NCBI GenBank assembly: GCA_963771355.1
Contig: CAVYTA010000006.1
Span: 1,792,001-1,856,000, forward strand
Direction of reading: 5' to 3'
DNA length: 64,000 nt
Origin: an uncultured Candidatus Rokubacteria bacterium
GTDB taxonomy: Bacteria > Methylomirabilota > Methylomirabilia > Rokubacteriales > CSP1-6
Positions 38,892-48,031 of this stretch are shown here, in pieces. Under the pieces are notes generated by a model that saw nothing but the letters and a program-made list of their open reading frames with translations, searched no databases and was not told where the DNA came from. Numbering within the stretch: position 1 is the stretch's first letter; each line of letters starts with the position of its first letter. The position numbers and the translations under genes were made by a program.

Positions 38892-41027
38892 ATGACCCGG
38901 ATACTCCGGTCTAGCCTCCGCTCGCGGCTGCTCCTGCTGGTGCTCCTGGCGCTCTTGCCGGCGCTCGTGCTCATCCTCATCACGGCCTGGGAGCAGCGCC
39001 AGCTCGCGGCGGTTGACGCGCAGGAGAGTGCTCTGCGTCTCGCCCGGGTGGCCGCGTCGAACCAGGAGCGGCTGATCGAGGGCGCGCGCTCCCTGCTCAT
39101 CGGACTCGCCCAGATCCCCGCCGCCCCGCCGGGCAAGACCAGCGCCTGCGGCCCCCTGCTCACCGATCTCCGCAATCGCTTCCCGGTCTACGTGAACCTG
39201 AGCACGACCAATGCCGCCGGGGATATCACCTGTAGTGCCGTGCCCCTGCGGTCCCCCGTCAACGTGGCGGACCAGCCCTATTTCCTCCGCGCGCGCGCCA
39301 CCCACGACTTCGTGGTGTCGGGCTACGTGATGGAGCCCGTCACCGGCAGCCCCGCCCTTATCCTCGCCTGGCCCGCGCTGGGGCCCACCGGCGAGGTGCG
39401 CTCGGTGCTCTTTGCCAGCCTGGACCTCGGCTCGATCCACCAGCTCGCCGAGCGCGCGCGCCTGCCGCTCAACTCCTCGTTCGTGGTCACCGACGCCAGC
39501 GGCATCATCCTCGCCGGATACCCGGAATCGGAGCGTCTGGTGGGCCAGCCCATACCGGAGTCGGAGGTGGCTCAGGCCATCCGGGCGCAGCAGAGCGAGG
39601 CCAAGATCACGGTGGAGTCGCTCAACAGCAGCAACGCCCGCCTGTTCGCCTTCACCGCGGTGGGCGGCGTTCCGCCCGCCGACCGGCTGTATGTCTCCGT
39701 GGGGATCTCCCGCGCGGTGGCGTTCACCGAGGCCGACCGCACGCTGCTCCGCAACCTGCTGTCGCTGGGGCTGGTGGGCGCGGTGGCGCTCGGGGTGGCG
39801 GCCATCGTCGGCCACCTGCTCATCATCCGACGGCTGCGCGAGGTGGTCCGGACCGCCGAGCTCGTGCGCGCCGGCGACCTGTCCGCGCGCGCGGAAGTGG
39901 ACGGGACCGACGAGATCGCGGTGATGGGCCGGGCCTTCAACGCCATGGCGGAGCGGCTCTCGGCCATGGTCAAGGCCGAGCAGGAGACGCGCGAGGGCCT
40001 CGCCGAGCGCGTGAACGAGCTCGATCACATCAACCGCCTGGGCGAGCTGCTGCAGGCCTGCTTCACGCTGCCAGAGGCCTACGCGGTGGTCGAGCGCGAG
40101 CTGCGCGAGCTCTTCCGCGGCGAGACGGGCGCGGTGTTCTCCTGCAGCTCCTCGCGCAATCTCATCGAGGCGGTGGCGCGCTGGGGTCCCGGCCCCCAGA
40201 ACAGCGCGGGCGTGTTCGCCATCGAGGAGTGCTGGGCCCTCCGCGGGGGGCGCGCGCACGTGGTGGAGGACATCCGCTCCGGGCCGGTCTGCACGCATCT
40301 GCCCTCGCCCCCGCCCGGCGCCTATCTCTGCACGCCGCTGGTGGCGCAGGGCGACGCCCTCGGCGTGCTCTACGTGGGCTTCCTCGCCCGCGGCCCGCTC
40401 GCCCCGGTACCGCTCACCGAGGCCAAGCGGCGCCTCGCCGCCGCGGTGGGCGAGCAGGTGGCGCTGGGTCTGGCCAACGTGAAGCTCCGCGAGGTGCTGC
40501 GCAGCCAGTCCATCCGCGATTCCCTCACCGGGCTCTTCAACCGCCGGTACATGGAGGAGACGCTGGAGCGTGAGGTGCGCCGCGCCCAGCGCGCGGGCCG
40601 GCCCATGGCCGTGCTCATGCTGGACCTCGACCACTTCAAGCGCCTCAACGACGACTTCGACCACGACGCCGGCGACGCGCTCCTGCGCGAGCTGGGCGCC
40701 CTCCTCATGCGGAACCTGCGGCGCGAGGACGTCGCCTGCCGGTACGGCGGCGAGGAGTTCGTGCTGGTGCTGCCGGAGGCCTCGCTGGCGGACGCGGAGC
40801 GGCGGGCGGAGGAGCTGCGGGATGAGATCAAGCGGCTGCGTGTGTCGGACAAGGGCCGGCTCCTAGGCCCCCTCACCGCCTCCTTCGGGCTGGCCGCCTA
40901 CCCCGAGCACGGCCTTGCCGGTGACGTGCTGCTCCACGCCGCCGACACCGCGCTGTACCGGGCCAAGCGCGAGGGCCGCGACCGCGTGATGGTGGCGGTC
41001 CCGGCCGAGGTCCCGGGCTCGCGGTAG
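38892..41027 (+). CDS. Membrane diguanylate cyclase (Cache-like sensor, HAMP, GAF-like, GGDEF)
   Basis: Two TM helices flank a periplasmic domain. HAMP (DEIxxxGRAFNAM), DSLTGLFNRR, RxxD I-site (RRED) and RYGGEEF. Confidence 0.9.
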   Translation: MTRILRSSLRSRLLLLVLLALLPALVLILITAWEQRQLAAVDAQESALRLARVAASNQERLIEGARSLLIGLAQIPAAPPGKTSACGPLLTDLRNRFPVYVNLSTTNAAGDITCSAVPLRSPVNVADQPYFLRARATHDFVVSGYVMEPVTGSPALILAWPALGPTGEVRSVLFASLDLGSIHQLAERARLPLNSSFVVTDASGIILAGYPESERLVGQPIPESEVAQAIRAQQSEAKITVESLNSSNARLFAFTAVGGVPPADRLYVSVGISRAVAFTEADRTLLRNLLSLGLVGAVALGVAAIVGHLLIIRRLREVVRTAELVRAGDLSARAEVDGTDEIAVMGRAFNAMAERLSAMVKAEQETREGLAERVNELDHINRLGELLQACFTLPEAYAVVERELRELFRGETGAVFSCSSSRNLIEAVARWGPGPQNSAGVFAIEECWALRGGRAHVVEDIRSGPVCTHLPSPPPGAYLCTPLVAQGDALGVLYVGFLARGPLAPVPLTEAKRRLAAAVGEQVALGLANVKLREVLRSQSIRDSLTGLFNRRYMEETLEREVRRAQRAGRPMAVLMLDLDHFKRLNDDFDHDAGDALLRELGALLMRNLRREDVACRYGGEEFVLVLPEASLADAERRAEELRDEIKRLRVSDKGRLLGPLTASFGLAAYPEHGLAGDVLLHAADTALYRAKREGRDRVMVAVPAEVPGSR

Positions 41028-41077
41028 GTTACCCGCGACGGCGCCCCCCTGCGTAGAACAGGCCCCCTCGAGGCCCC

Positions 41078-42751
41078 CTAGAACAGGCCGGTGATGCGGC
41101 CGTCGGGCGTGACGTCCACTCCTTCCGCGTTGGGCTTCCGCGGAAAGCCGGGCATGGTCGTGATGTCGCCCGTGATCGCCACGAGGAAGCCCGCCCCCGC
41201 CGAGACGTAGAAGTCGTTCACCGTGATCTTGAATCCGCGCGGCCGGCCGAGCAGGGTCGGGTCGTCGGAGAGCGACCGCTGGGTCTTGGCCACGCAGACG
41301 GGAAGGCCGCCATAGCCCAGCGCCTCCAGCTCCGCGATCTGCCGCTCCACCCGGCCGGGATAGACCACGCCGTCGGCGCCGTAGATGCGCCGCGCGATGG
41401 TGTCGAGCTTGGCCTTCACCGGCTGATCCAGGGAGTACAGCGGCGTGAAGTCGGAGGGCTCGCGGGCGAGGAGCTCGCGGAGCCCCTTGGCCAGATCCCC
41501 GCCGCCGTCCCCACCCCGCGCGAAGATGTCGGCCACATGCACGCGGACGCCCAGCTTGGCGCAGTGCTCGGCCACCAGCTGGTACTCGCGCTCGGTGTCG
41601 CTCGGATAGCGGTTCAGCCCGACGATGGCGGGCACCTTGAACTGCCGGATGATCTCCACGTGGGCATCGAGGTTGGCGAGCCCGCGCCGGAGCGCGTCCA
41701 GGTTCTCCGGCTCCAGGTCTTTCACCGCCACCCCGCCGTGATACTTCAGCGCCCGGCAGGTGGCGACGATCATGGCCGCGTCCGGGCGCAGCCCCGCCAG
41801 CCGGCACTTGATGTCGAAGAACTTCTCCGCGCCGAGGTCGGTGGCGAAGCCCGCCTCGGTGAGACAGATATCCCCGAGCTTCAGCGCCAGCCGGGTCGCC
41901 ACCACCGAGTTGCAGCCATGCGCGATATTGGCGAAGGGGCCGCCGTGGACCAGCGCGGGCGTGCCCTCCATGGTCTGCACGAGATTGGGGTGGATGGCGT
42001 CACGCAGCAGCGCGGCCATCGCGCCGGTGACGTGGAGGGCGTCCGCGGGCACCGCCTTGCCGTCCCGGGTCAGCGCCACCACCATGCGGCCCAGCCGCTG
42101 CTTGAGATCCGCCAGGCTCTCGGAGAGGCAGAGCACGGCCATGATCTCGGAGGCGGCGGTGATGAGGAAGCCGCCCTCCCGGGGCACCCCGTCCATGCGC
42201 CCGCCCAGCCCCACCACCACCTTCCGCAGCGCGCGGTCGTTGACGTCCAGCGCCCGCTTCCAGAGCACCTGGCGCACGTCGATGCCGAGCGCATTGCCGT
42301 GATGGAGGTGATTGTCCAGCGCGGCGGCCAGGAGATTGTTGGCGGCGGTGATCGCGTGAAAGTCTCCGGTGAAGTGGAGGTTGATCTCGTCCATGGGCAC
42401 GATCTGTGAGCGCCCGCCGCCGGTGCCGCCGCCCTTGAGGCCGAGCGTGGGCCCGATGGACGGCTCGCGCAGCGCGATGACCGGCCGCGCGCCCGCGCTC
42501 CAGAGCGCCTGGCCCAGCCCGATGGTCATGGTGGTCTTGCCGTCTCCCGCCGGGGTGGGCGTGATGGAGGAGACGACCACGAGCTTGCCGTCGGGCCGGG
42601 ACCGGCGCGCCTCCAGCGCGCTCAGGTGGACCTTGGCCTTGGTGTGGCCGTAGGGCAGCCACTCCGACTCGGCGAGACCGAGGTCGGCGGCCACCGCCCG
42701 GATCGGGCGCGGGGGGCTAGGCTCGAACGGCGGGGGGGTCGAGGTCGCCAT
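41078..42751 (-). CDS. fhs: Formate--tetrahydrofolate ligase
   Basis: TPAGDGKTT, KGGGTGGG, LHFTGD, HGGPFANIAHG and MPG..GLF motifs. Confidence 0.96.
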   Translation of the reverse strand: MATSTPPPFEPSPPRPIRAVAADLGLAESEWLPYGHTKAKVHLSALEARRSRPDGKLVVVSSITPTPAGDGKTTMTIGLGQALWSAGARPVIALREPSIGPTLGLKGGGTGGGRSQIVPMDEINLHFTGDFHAITAANNLLAAALDNHLHHGNALGIDVRQVLWKRALDVNDRALRKVVVGLGGRMDGVPREGGFLITAASEIMAVLCLSESLADLKQRLGRMVVALTRDGKAVPADALHVTGAMAALLRDAIHPNLVQTMEGTPALVHGGPFANIAHGCNSVVATRLALKLGDICLTEAGFATDLGAEKFFDIKCRLAGLRPDAAMIVATCRALKYHGGVAVKDLEPENLDALRRGLANLDAHVEIIRQFKVPAIVGLNRYPSDTEREYQLVAEHCAKLGVRVHVADIFARGGDGGGDLAKGLRELLAREPSDFTPLYSLDQPVKAKLDTIARRIYGADGVVYPGRVERQIAELEALGYGGLPVCVAKTQRSLSDDPTLLGRPRGFKITVNDFYVSAGAGFLVAITGDITTMPGFPRKPNAEGVDVTPDGRITGLF

Positions 42752-43139
42752 CGGGCATGATCTCCTTGAGCCAGTCGGGCAGCGCGATCATCTTCTGGGA
42801 CCGGGGGTCCCAGCACGCGTGGCGCGTGTGGCCGTGCGCGACCAGCTCGCGCTTCTCATTGTGGATCTCGTACTTGAAGGTGAAGCTGGCGCGCCGCCGC
42901 TCGCTCACGCGAGAGGTGACGTCGAGGAGATCGTCGAGGAGGGCGGGCCGGGCGTAGTGCACGCAGGCCTCCACCACCGGCATGTGGATGCGCCGATCCA
43001 CCTCGGACATGGGCAGGCCCCGCTCGCGGAGATACTCCACGCGCGCGACCTCGAAGAAAGTGAGGTAGTTGCCGTAGTAGACCACCGACATGGTGTCGGT
43101 GTCCTTGTAGCGCACGCGGATGCTGGTGTGGGACGGCAT
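42717..43139 (-). CDS. YbgC/FadM family acyl-CoA thioesterase
   Basis: RVRYxDTDxxxVVYYGNYLxFFE motif. Confidence 0.88.
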   Translation of the reverse strand: MPSHTSIRVRYKDTDTMSVVYYGNYLTFFEVARVEYLRERGLPMSEVDRRIHMPVVEACVHYARPALLDDLLDVTSRVSERRRASFTFKYEIHNEKRELVAHGHTRHACWDPRSQKMIALPDWLKEIMPDGDLDPPAVRA

Positions 43140-43159
43140 CGAGAGCGGAGGACCGCCGA

Positions 43160-44143
43160 TCAGAGGTACTGGCCGTAGCGGGTCTTCTCCACGACCTCCC
43201 GGATTCGCCGATAGCCGTCCAGCTGCTGGAGGAGATCCTGCGTGGTGACCAGTCCGGCGTCCCGCCCCTCGCCCGCCGCCTGCACCTTCTGCTCCAGCGC
43301 GCGCCGGAACACCTCCGAGATCTCCGCGCCGCTCATCCCCCCCATCGGGGGCAGCAGCGAGCGGTAGTCGATCTCGTCGAAGAGAGGACGCCCGGCCTTG
43401 GCCTCCGCGCGCTCGCGCACGAGCTGGAGGATCTCCTGCTGGGCGGCGCCGTCGGGCAGGGCCACCTCGACCAGGCGGTCCAGGCGGCCGGGCTCCACGA
43501 GGGAGCGATCCACCGAGTCGGTGCGGTTGGTGGAGGCCACCACCAGCATGCGCGCGGACTCGTCGAGCCCGTCGAGCTTCTCGCAGAGCGCGGCCACCAG
43601 GCGCGCGCTGGACTCGCGGGCCTGGGCGGGCGGCAGCAGGTGCTCGAGCGAGAGCGCGTTGGCCTCGTCGAGATAGACCACCGCCTTGCCCTCGGTCTTG
43701 GCGATGTTGATGATCTCCTGGAGCAGCTCACCGGTGTTCGGACCGAACTTCGAGGTGAGGTTCATCATCTTCAGGTGGTAGAAGATGGCGCCCGCGCTGG
43801 TGGCGAGCGCCCGCGCGAGCATGGTCTTGCCGGTCCCCCGCGGGCCGTAGAGCAGGATGCCCCGGGGCGGGCTGATCCCCCACTTCCGATAGAGATCGGG
43901 CTCGGTGAGCGCGGTGGTGAAGCCCCGGATGGCGGCCTTGGCCTGCGGAATCCCGCCGATGTGCTCGAACGGCGTGTCCGGCTTGATCGTCACCACCACC
44001 CGGCCGCTGAGATCGCCGAACTTCTCCCCCAGCTTGGTGAAGACGTCCTCGATGCGGCGCTGGATGGCCCACTGCTGGCCCTCCGGCTCGGGCGTGGAGG
44101 CTCGTCCCGAGGGGCCGGCGTCGCGCGGGAGCTCGTCGGCCAT
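43160..44143 (-). CDS. Single-module classic-clade AAA+ ATPase with C-terminal GQYL
   Basis: IGG, PPRGILLYGPRGTGKT (Walker A), VYLDE (Walker B), TNR...PGRLDR (SRH) and SGAEI; ends RYGQYL*. Confidence 0.88.
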   Translation of the reverse strand: MADELPRDAGPSGRASTPEPEGQQWAIQRRIEDVFTKLGEKFGDLSGRVVVTIKPDTPFEHIGGIPQAKAAIRGFTTALTEPDLYRKWGISPPRGILLYGPRGTGKTMLARALATSAGAIFYHLKMMNLTSKFGPNTGELLQEIINIAKTEGKAVVYLDEANALSLEHLLPPAQARESSARLVAALCEKLDGLDESARMLVVASTNRTDSVDRSLVEPGRLDRLVEVALPDGAAQQEILQLVRERAEAKAGRPLFDEIDYRSLLPPMGGMSGAEISEVFRRALEQKVQAAGEGRDAGLVTTQDLLQQLDGYRRIREVVEKTRYGQYL

Positions 44144-44145
44144 GG

Positions 44146-44682
44146 TCAGATCCTGGGCCCGCTGGGTGGAGGGGACGACGGCGGGCGCTCCGACTTCTCG
44201 AACACCTTGTCCTCGACCAGCACCGGCGCGCCCGCGCGAATGGCCAGGGCGATGGCGTCGGAGGGGCGCGTGTCCAGCGCGAAGCTCTCGCCGCGCGCGG
44301 TGAGGTGGAGCACCGCGTAGTAGATGTCGTCGCGTAGGTCGGTGATCACCACGCGGGTGACGGTCACGTCGAGCCGCCCGAAGAGGGTGAGAAACAGGTC
44401 GTGGGTGAGCGGGCGCGGGGGGGTCCGCTTCGCCAGCGGAAACGCGATCCCGGTGGCCTCGGCGGGCCCGATGGACATTGCGAGGGTGCGTCCGTCGCGA
44501 CGGCCCTCGAGGACCACGGTGGGCACGCCGGTCTGCGGGCTCAACACCACCCCGAGCACCGTGACCTCCTGAGCGCCGGCGGCGCGCGGAGCCGGCGTGT
44601 CACCGTGGCCGCTCACGGCCACGAGCAGCACGCCACCGCCGAGCAGCAAGGCCAGGAACGGCATCCGTCTCGGGTTGGGCAT
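44146..44682 (-). CDS. DUF151 / bifunctional nuclease family protein with signal-like N-terminus
   Basis: IGPAEA, RPLTHDL and RPSDAIALA motifs. Confidence 0.82.
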   Translation of the reverse strand: MPNPRRMPFLALLLGGGVLLVAVSGHGDTPAPRAAGAQEVTVLGVVLSPQTGVPTVVLEGRRDGRTLAMSIGPAEATGIAFPLAKRTPPRPLTHDLFLTLFGRLDVTVTRVVITDLRDDIYYAVLHLTARGESFALDTRPSDAIALAIRAGAPVLVEDKVFEKSERPPSSPPPSGPRI

Positions 44683-44752
44683 GTGCGTCCTCCGCGCCCG
44701 CCGTCCGCGCGAGCGCTCACGCAGTATCGGCCGCGGCCCGGGGCAAGTCAAC

Positions 44753-46017
44753 TCAGCGGTCGGCGGAGAGCTTCGCGGCGGCGGCGCTCTGGGCGGCGCG
44801 CGTGGGGGGCAAGATCTCGGGCACGCGGACCACGCCCGGACCCGGCGCGAGCCGATAGCTCGCGACGATCCCGCCGGACATCACCACCGCGAGCGCGATC
44901 CACATGAAGGAGTAGCCGGCGCCATGCGCGAAGATAGCCGAAGACGACGGCGCCGACCGCATTGCCGAGCAGGCACACCGCACTGAAGATGCCCACCGCG
45001 GTGGCGCGCCGCGCCTCGGGTGTCACGTCCACGAGCAGCGCGGACAGCGCGGGATAGAGAAATCCATGTGCCGCGCCCCCCAGGAGACCGGCGAGGAAGA
45101 TGAACGGCAGCACGGGGACCCGCACCCCGGGCCCCACCGCCCCCGCGAGGAGCGCGAAGATGCACACCGCGGCGGCGAAGATGATCATGCACGGCACGAT
45201 CACGGCGCGGCGGCCCCGCGTGTCGATGAGGTCACCGCCGAAGACGCGCACTGCCACCGCGGAGACGGAGTACGCGGTGTAGAAGAGGCCGAGGCCCGTC
45301 ACGCCGAGCTGCTCGGCAAACGTGGGCACGAAGGTGAACAGCGTCCCGGTGCCCAGGCCGAAGAAGAAGCCGAGCACCATGTGCACGCGGTAGAGCTCCT
45401 CGCAATCCCTCGCGGAGCTCTTCGAGGCCCGGGCCGCCGCCCGGCTCGGGCGGGCGGATCCCCCGCGTGCGCAGGATGATGGTGAACGCCCCGGCGGCCA
45501 GGAGCGCCGCCAGGACGAAGCACCAGCGAAAGCCCGCTTGCCGGATCACGGCCTCGCCGAGGAGCGGGGCCAGCGCGGTGGAGGTGAGACCGGAGAGGCC
45601 GAAGATGCCCAGCGCCCAGCCCCGGCGGTCGATCGGCACCAGATCCACGATGTGGATGTAGCTGGCCACGAAGAAGGCGGAGAAGGCGAGCCCCTGCAGG
45701 GCGCGCAGCACGGCGTGGAGCGGGATGGAATGGCTCAGCAGGAAGCCCACCGCCGAGAGCGCGAGCAGCAGCGCACCCAGGCGCATGAAGAAGCCGCGGC
45801 CGAGGCGATTCACCCACAATCCCACCAAGGGCTGGAACAGGATCCCGGCCAGGCTGTACGCGCCCTGGACGAGGCCCACGTGCGCCTCGTCGCCGCCCAT
45901 TTGCTGGACGTGGATGGGCAAGAGGAGGAAGAGGTTCATGCTCATGAAGAAGAGAAAGTTCATGAGCATGGCCTCGAGGAACGGCCGGCTCACGAGCAGC
46001 GGAACGGCCGAGGTCAC
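44753..46017 (-). CDS. MFS transporter (two frameshifts, near 45402 and near 44931)
   Basis: G...NRLGR, RALQG and RRGWALG in the N-half; D..GRR and GFLYPALSA in the C-half; split over three frames. Confidence 0.78.
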
Positions 46018-46172
46018 GCGCGTTGCGGCGAGGCGGGGCGGGACAGTAGAATGACGGCCGCCATGAGACACGCGAAGTGTAGCACGCGGGCGCGCGCCTG
46101 ATCACCATCGCCGCCGCGCTCGCCGCCGCCGCCACGCTCGGCCCCGACGGGCGCGGGCGTTTCGACGCGCCT

Positions 46173-46952
46173 ATGGTTCTGCAGAGCTGGCCCGGCATCG
46201 TGCACGGCGGCGGGCTCGTCGCCATTCTCGACGCCGCCGCGCGCGCGCTCGGCGCCCGCGACGAGCCGCGGGTGATCGAGGGCCGGCTCACGTCGTCGGT
46301 GCCCGTGGCCACCGCGCTGGTGCTGGAAGGCTCCGCGCGTGCCGAGGGCGCGCTGGTCACCATTCTCCAGGACGGCCAGACCTTGACCTCGGCCTCGGTG
46401 CGGCCCTCGCCGGCGGCGCCGGTGACCGCGCCGCCGGCGCCGGGACCGCGTGACGGGACCACGCTGCCCATGTCCGACGACTGCCTCGCCTGCGGAGCCC
46501 GTAATCCCCTGGGACTCCAGCAGACGCTCCGCTTCGACGCGGACGGCGTCTGGGCGCGCCTGGTGCCTCGCGGGCCCTGGCGGCTGGACGACGGCCGGGT
46601 TCATGCCGCCCTCGCCCCGGTGATCCTCGACGAGGTGGCGTGGTGGCTGGGCGCGCTGGTAATGCGGGAAGGGGGACTGACCAACCGGATCCAGGTGGCG
46701 TTCCACGCCCCCACCCTGCCGGCGACGGGCTCGCTCCTCGCGGCCGGGCGCTTCGCCGATGTCACTCCGGTAGACCGCAAGCGCACCTTCTGGCGGACGA
46801 CCTGCGCGCTCTTCGATGAAGGCGGCCGCACCCTCGCGGAGGCCGTCATCGTCTTTCGCGGCGGGCCGGAGTGGTCGGCGCGACAGATTCCCTACTTCAA
46901 GGCCCGGGCCGATGCCGCGACCTTCGCCCGGATGTTCCCGAACTACAGCTGA
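46173..46952 (+). CDS. Double hotdog-fold (PaaI-like) thioesterase/dehydratase
   Basis: PGIVHGGGLVAILD, CLACGARNPLGL and VH..L..VILDE motifs. The start may lie upstream (CTG 46098). Confidence 0.7.
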   Translation: MVLQSWPGIVHGGGLVAILDAAARALGARDEPRVIEGRLTSSVPVATALVLEGSARAEGALVTILQDGQTLTSASVRPSPAAPVTAPPAPGPRDGTTLPMSDDCLACGARNPLGLQQTLRFDADGVWARLVPRGPWRLDDGRVHAALAPVILDEVAWWLGALVMREGGLTNRIQVAFHAPTLPATGSLLAAGRFADVTPVDRKRTFWRTTCALFDEGGRTLAEAVIVFRGGPEWSARQIPYFKARADAATFARMFPNYS

Positions 46953-47545
46953 GCCGCGGAGCCCTTCGCCTTGAGCCGCTGGACCAGCTCGCCGTAGCCG
47001 GACGTGCGGATCACCTTGTCGAACTGGGTCCGGAAGTTGCCGATCAGGCTCACCCCCTCCACCTGCACGTCGTAGACGCGCCAGCGCCCGTCCCGGTTCA
47101 CGAGCCGGTAATCGATGGGGACTTCCTGACCCTGCCGGGTGATGATGCGCGTGTTCACGACACCGAGGTTACCGTCCACCTTCTCGCCCGTGAAGCGCAC
47201 GGGCTCCCCGTTATAGCGCTCCACCTGGTTCATGTAGGAGCGCTGGATGAGGTTGCGAAACAGGTCCACGAACTCCGCGCGCTCGGCCTCGCTGCGCGGC
47301 TGCCAGTGCACGCCCAGGGAGCGGCTCGCCATCTCGCGCCAGTCGAACGCCGGCTCGGCCACCGACCGGATGGCCTCCTGCCGCCGCGCCGCGTCCAGCC
47401 CGTTCTTGCCCGTTTCCTCGATGACGCTCAGGACACGCTCGAGGTCCCCCTTGAACTGATCGGTGAGCGGACCCGCCCCGACCGTCGGTGCGGCGGCGAG
47501 CCACACCGTCAACAGCGCAGCGACGAGAACTGCGACGCGGCGCAT
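46943..47545 (-). CDS. MlaC/Ttg2D family phospholipid-binding periplasmic protein (second copy)
   Basis: FDWREMASRSLG, IDYRL and WRVYDVQVEGVSLIGNFRTQF motifs. Confidence 0.88.
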   Translation of the reverse strand: MRRVAVLVAALLTVWLAAAPTVGAGPLTDQFKGDLERVLSVIEETGKNGLDAARRQEAIRSVAEPAFDWREMASRSLGVHWQPRSEAERAEFVDLFRNLIQRSYMNQVERYNGEPVRFTGEKVDGNLGVVNTRIITRQGQEVPIDYRLVNRDGRWRVYDVQVEGVSLIGNFRTQFDKVIRTSGYGELVQRLKAKGSAAQL

Positions 47546-47548
47546 GCG

Positions 47549-47905
47549 TCAGTCGAACAGCTTGGTGAAGAAGCTCTTCACCGAGTGCCCGAACGACGAG
47601 GCGCCTTCCTTCACGTGCTGCCAGGAGCTCTTGGCCCCCGGCTCCGCGGCCTTGCCCGCCTCCTTGAACTTCTCACCCGTGTACTTGGCGCCCTCCTCGA
47701 CGGTCTTGCCCACGCCCTTGGCCGTCTCCTCGGCGCCCTTGCCCACCTCACCGTCGCCGATCTTCTTCGCGCCCGTCTCCACCTGCTGGGTCGCGCCCTT
47801 GACCTTGGTATCATCGGCGGCCGGCGCGGGCGACGCCGCGAGTAGGAACGCCGCCAGGGTGGCCGGCGGGATGGCCAGGGACAGGGACCGCATTCGCTTG
47901 CTCAT
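47549..47905 (-). CDS. Small secreted protein with amphipathic Ala/Lys/Glu/Gly repeats
   Basis: AGGAGG RBS, signal peptide, and repeats such as VETGAKK, VEEGAKY and VKEGASS. Confidence 0.7.
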   Translation of the reverse strand: MSKRMRSLSLAIPPATLAAFLLAASPAPAADDTKVKGATQQVETGAKKIGDGEVGKGAEETAKGVGKTVEEGAKYTGEKFKEAGKAAEPGAKSSWQHVKEGASSFGHSVKSFFTKLFD

Positions 47906-47931
47906 GATCAAGCCCTCCTGCGGACAGGAGA

Positions 47932-47965
47932 AGCAAGCGGCGTTCCCACCAGGAAGTGATTGATT
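47932..47965 (-). promoter_or_regulatory. Putative sigma54 promoter with adjacent IHF-like site
   Basis: Minus strand AATCAATCACTTC, then GGGAACGCCGCTTGCT (GG-N10-GC, ACG-N4-TTGC). Confidence 0.55.
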
Positions 47966-48031
47966 TACCAAGGAGTCTCCCCGGTAGGAGAGTCAGCCTG
48001 GTCATGCGGCGAGTAAAAGTTACGCGTCGAC

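Noticed and set aside
41054..41089. 11-bp direct repeat TAGAACAGGCC at the fhs 3' end, as a possible att site or target duplication
   Set aside because: Too short, the copies are only 25 nt apart, and no integrase or transposase is nearby.
43160..44143. Calling the AAA ATPase ftsH or arc/mpa
   Set aside because: It has no TM segments or HExxH protease domain (FtsH) and no coiled-coil/OB domains (ARC/Mpa), so no gene symbol was assigned.
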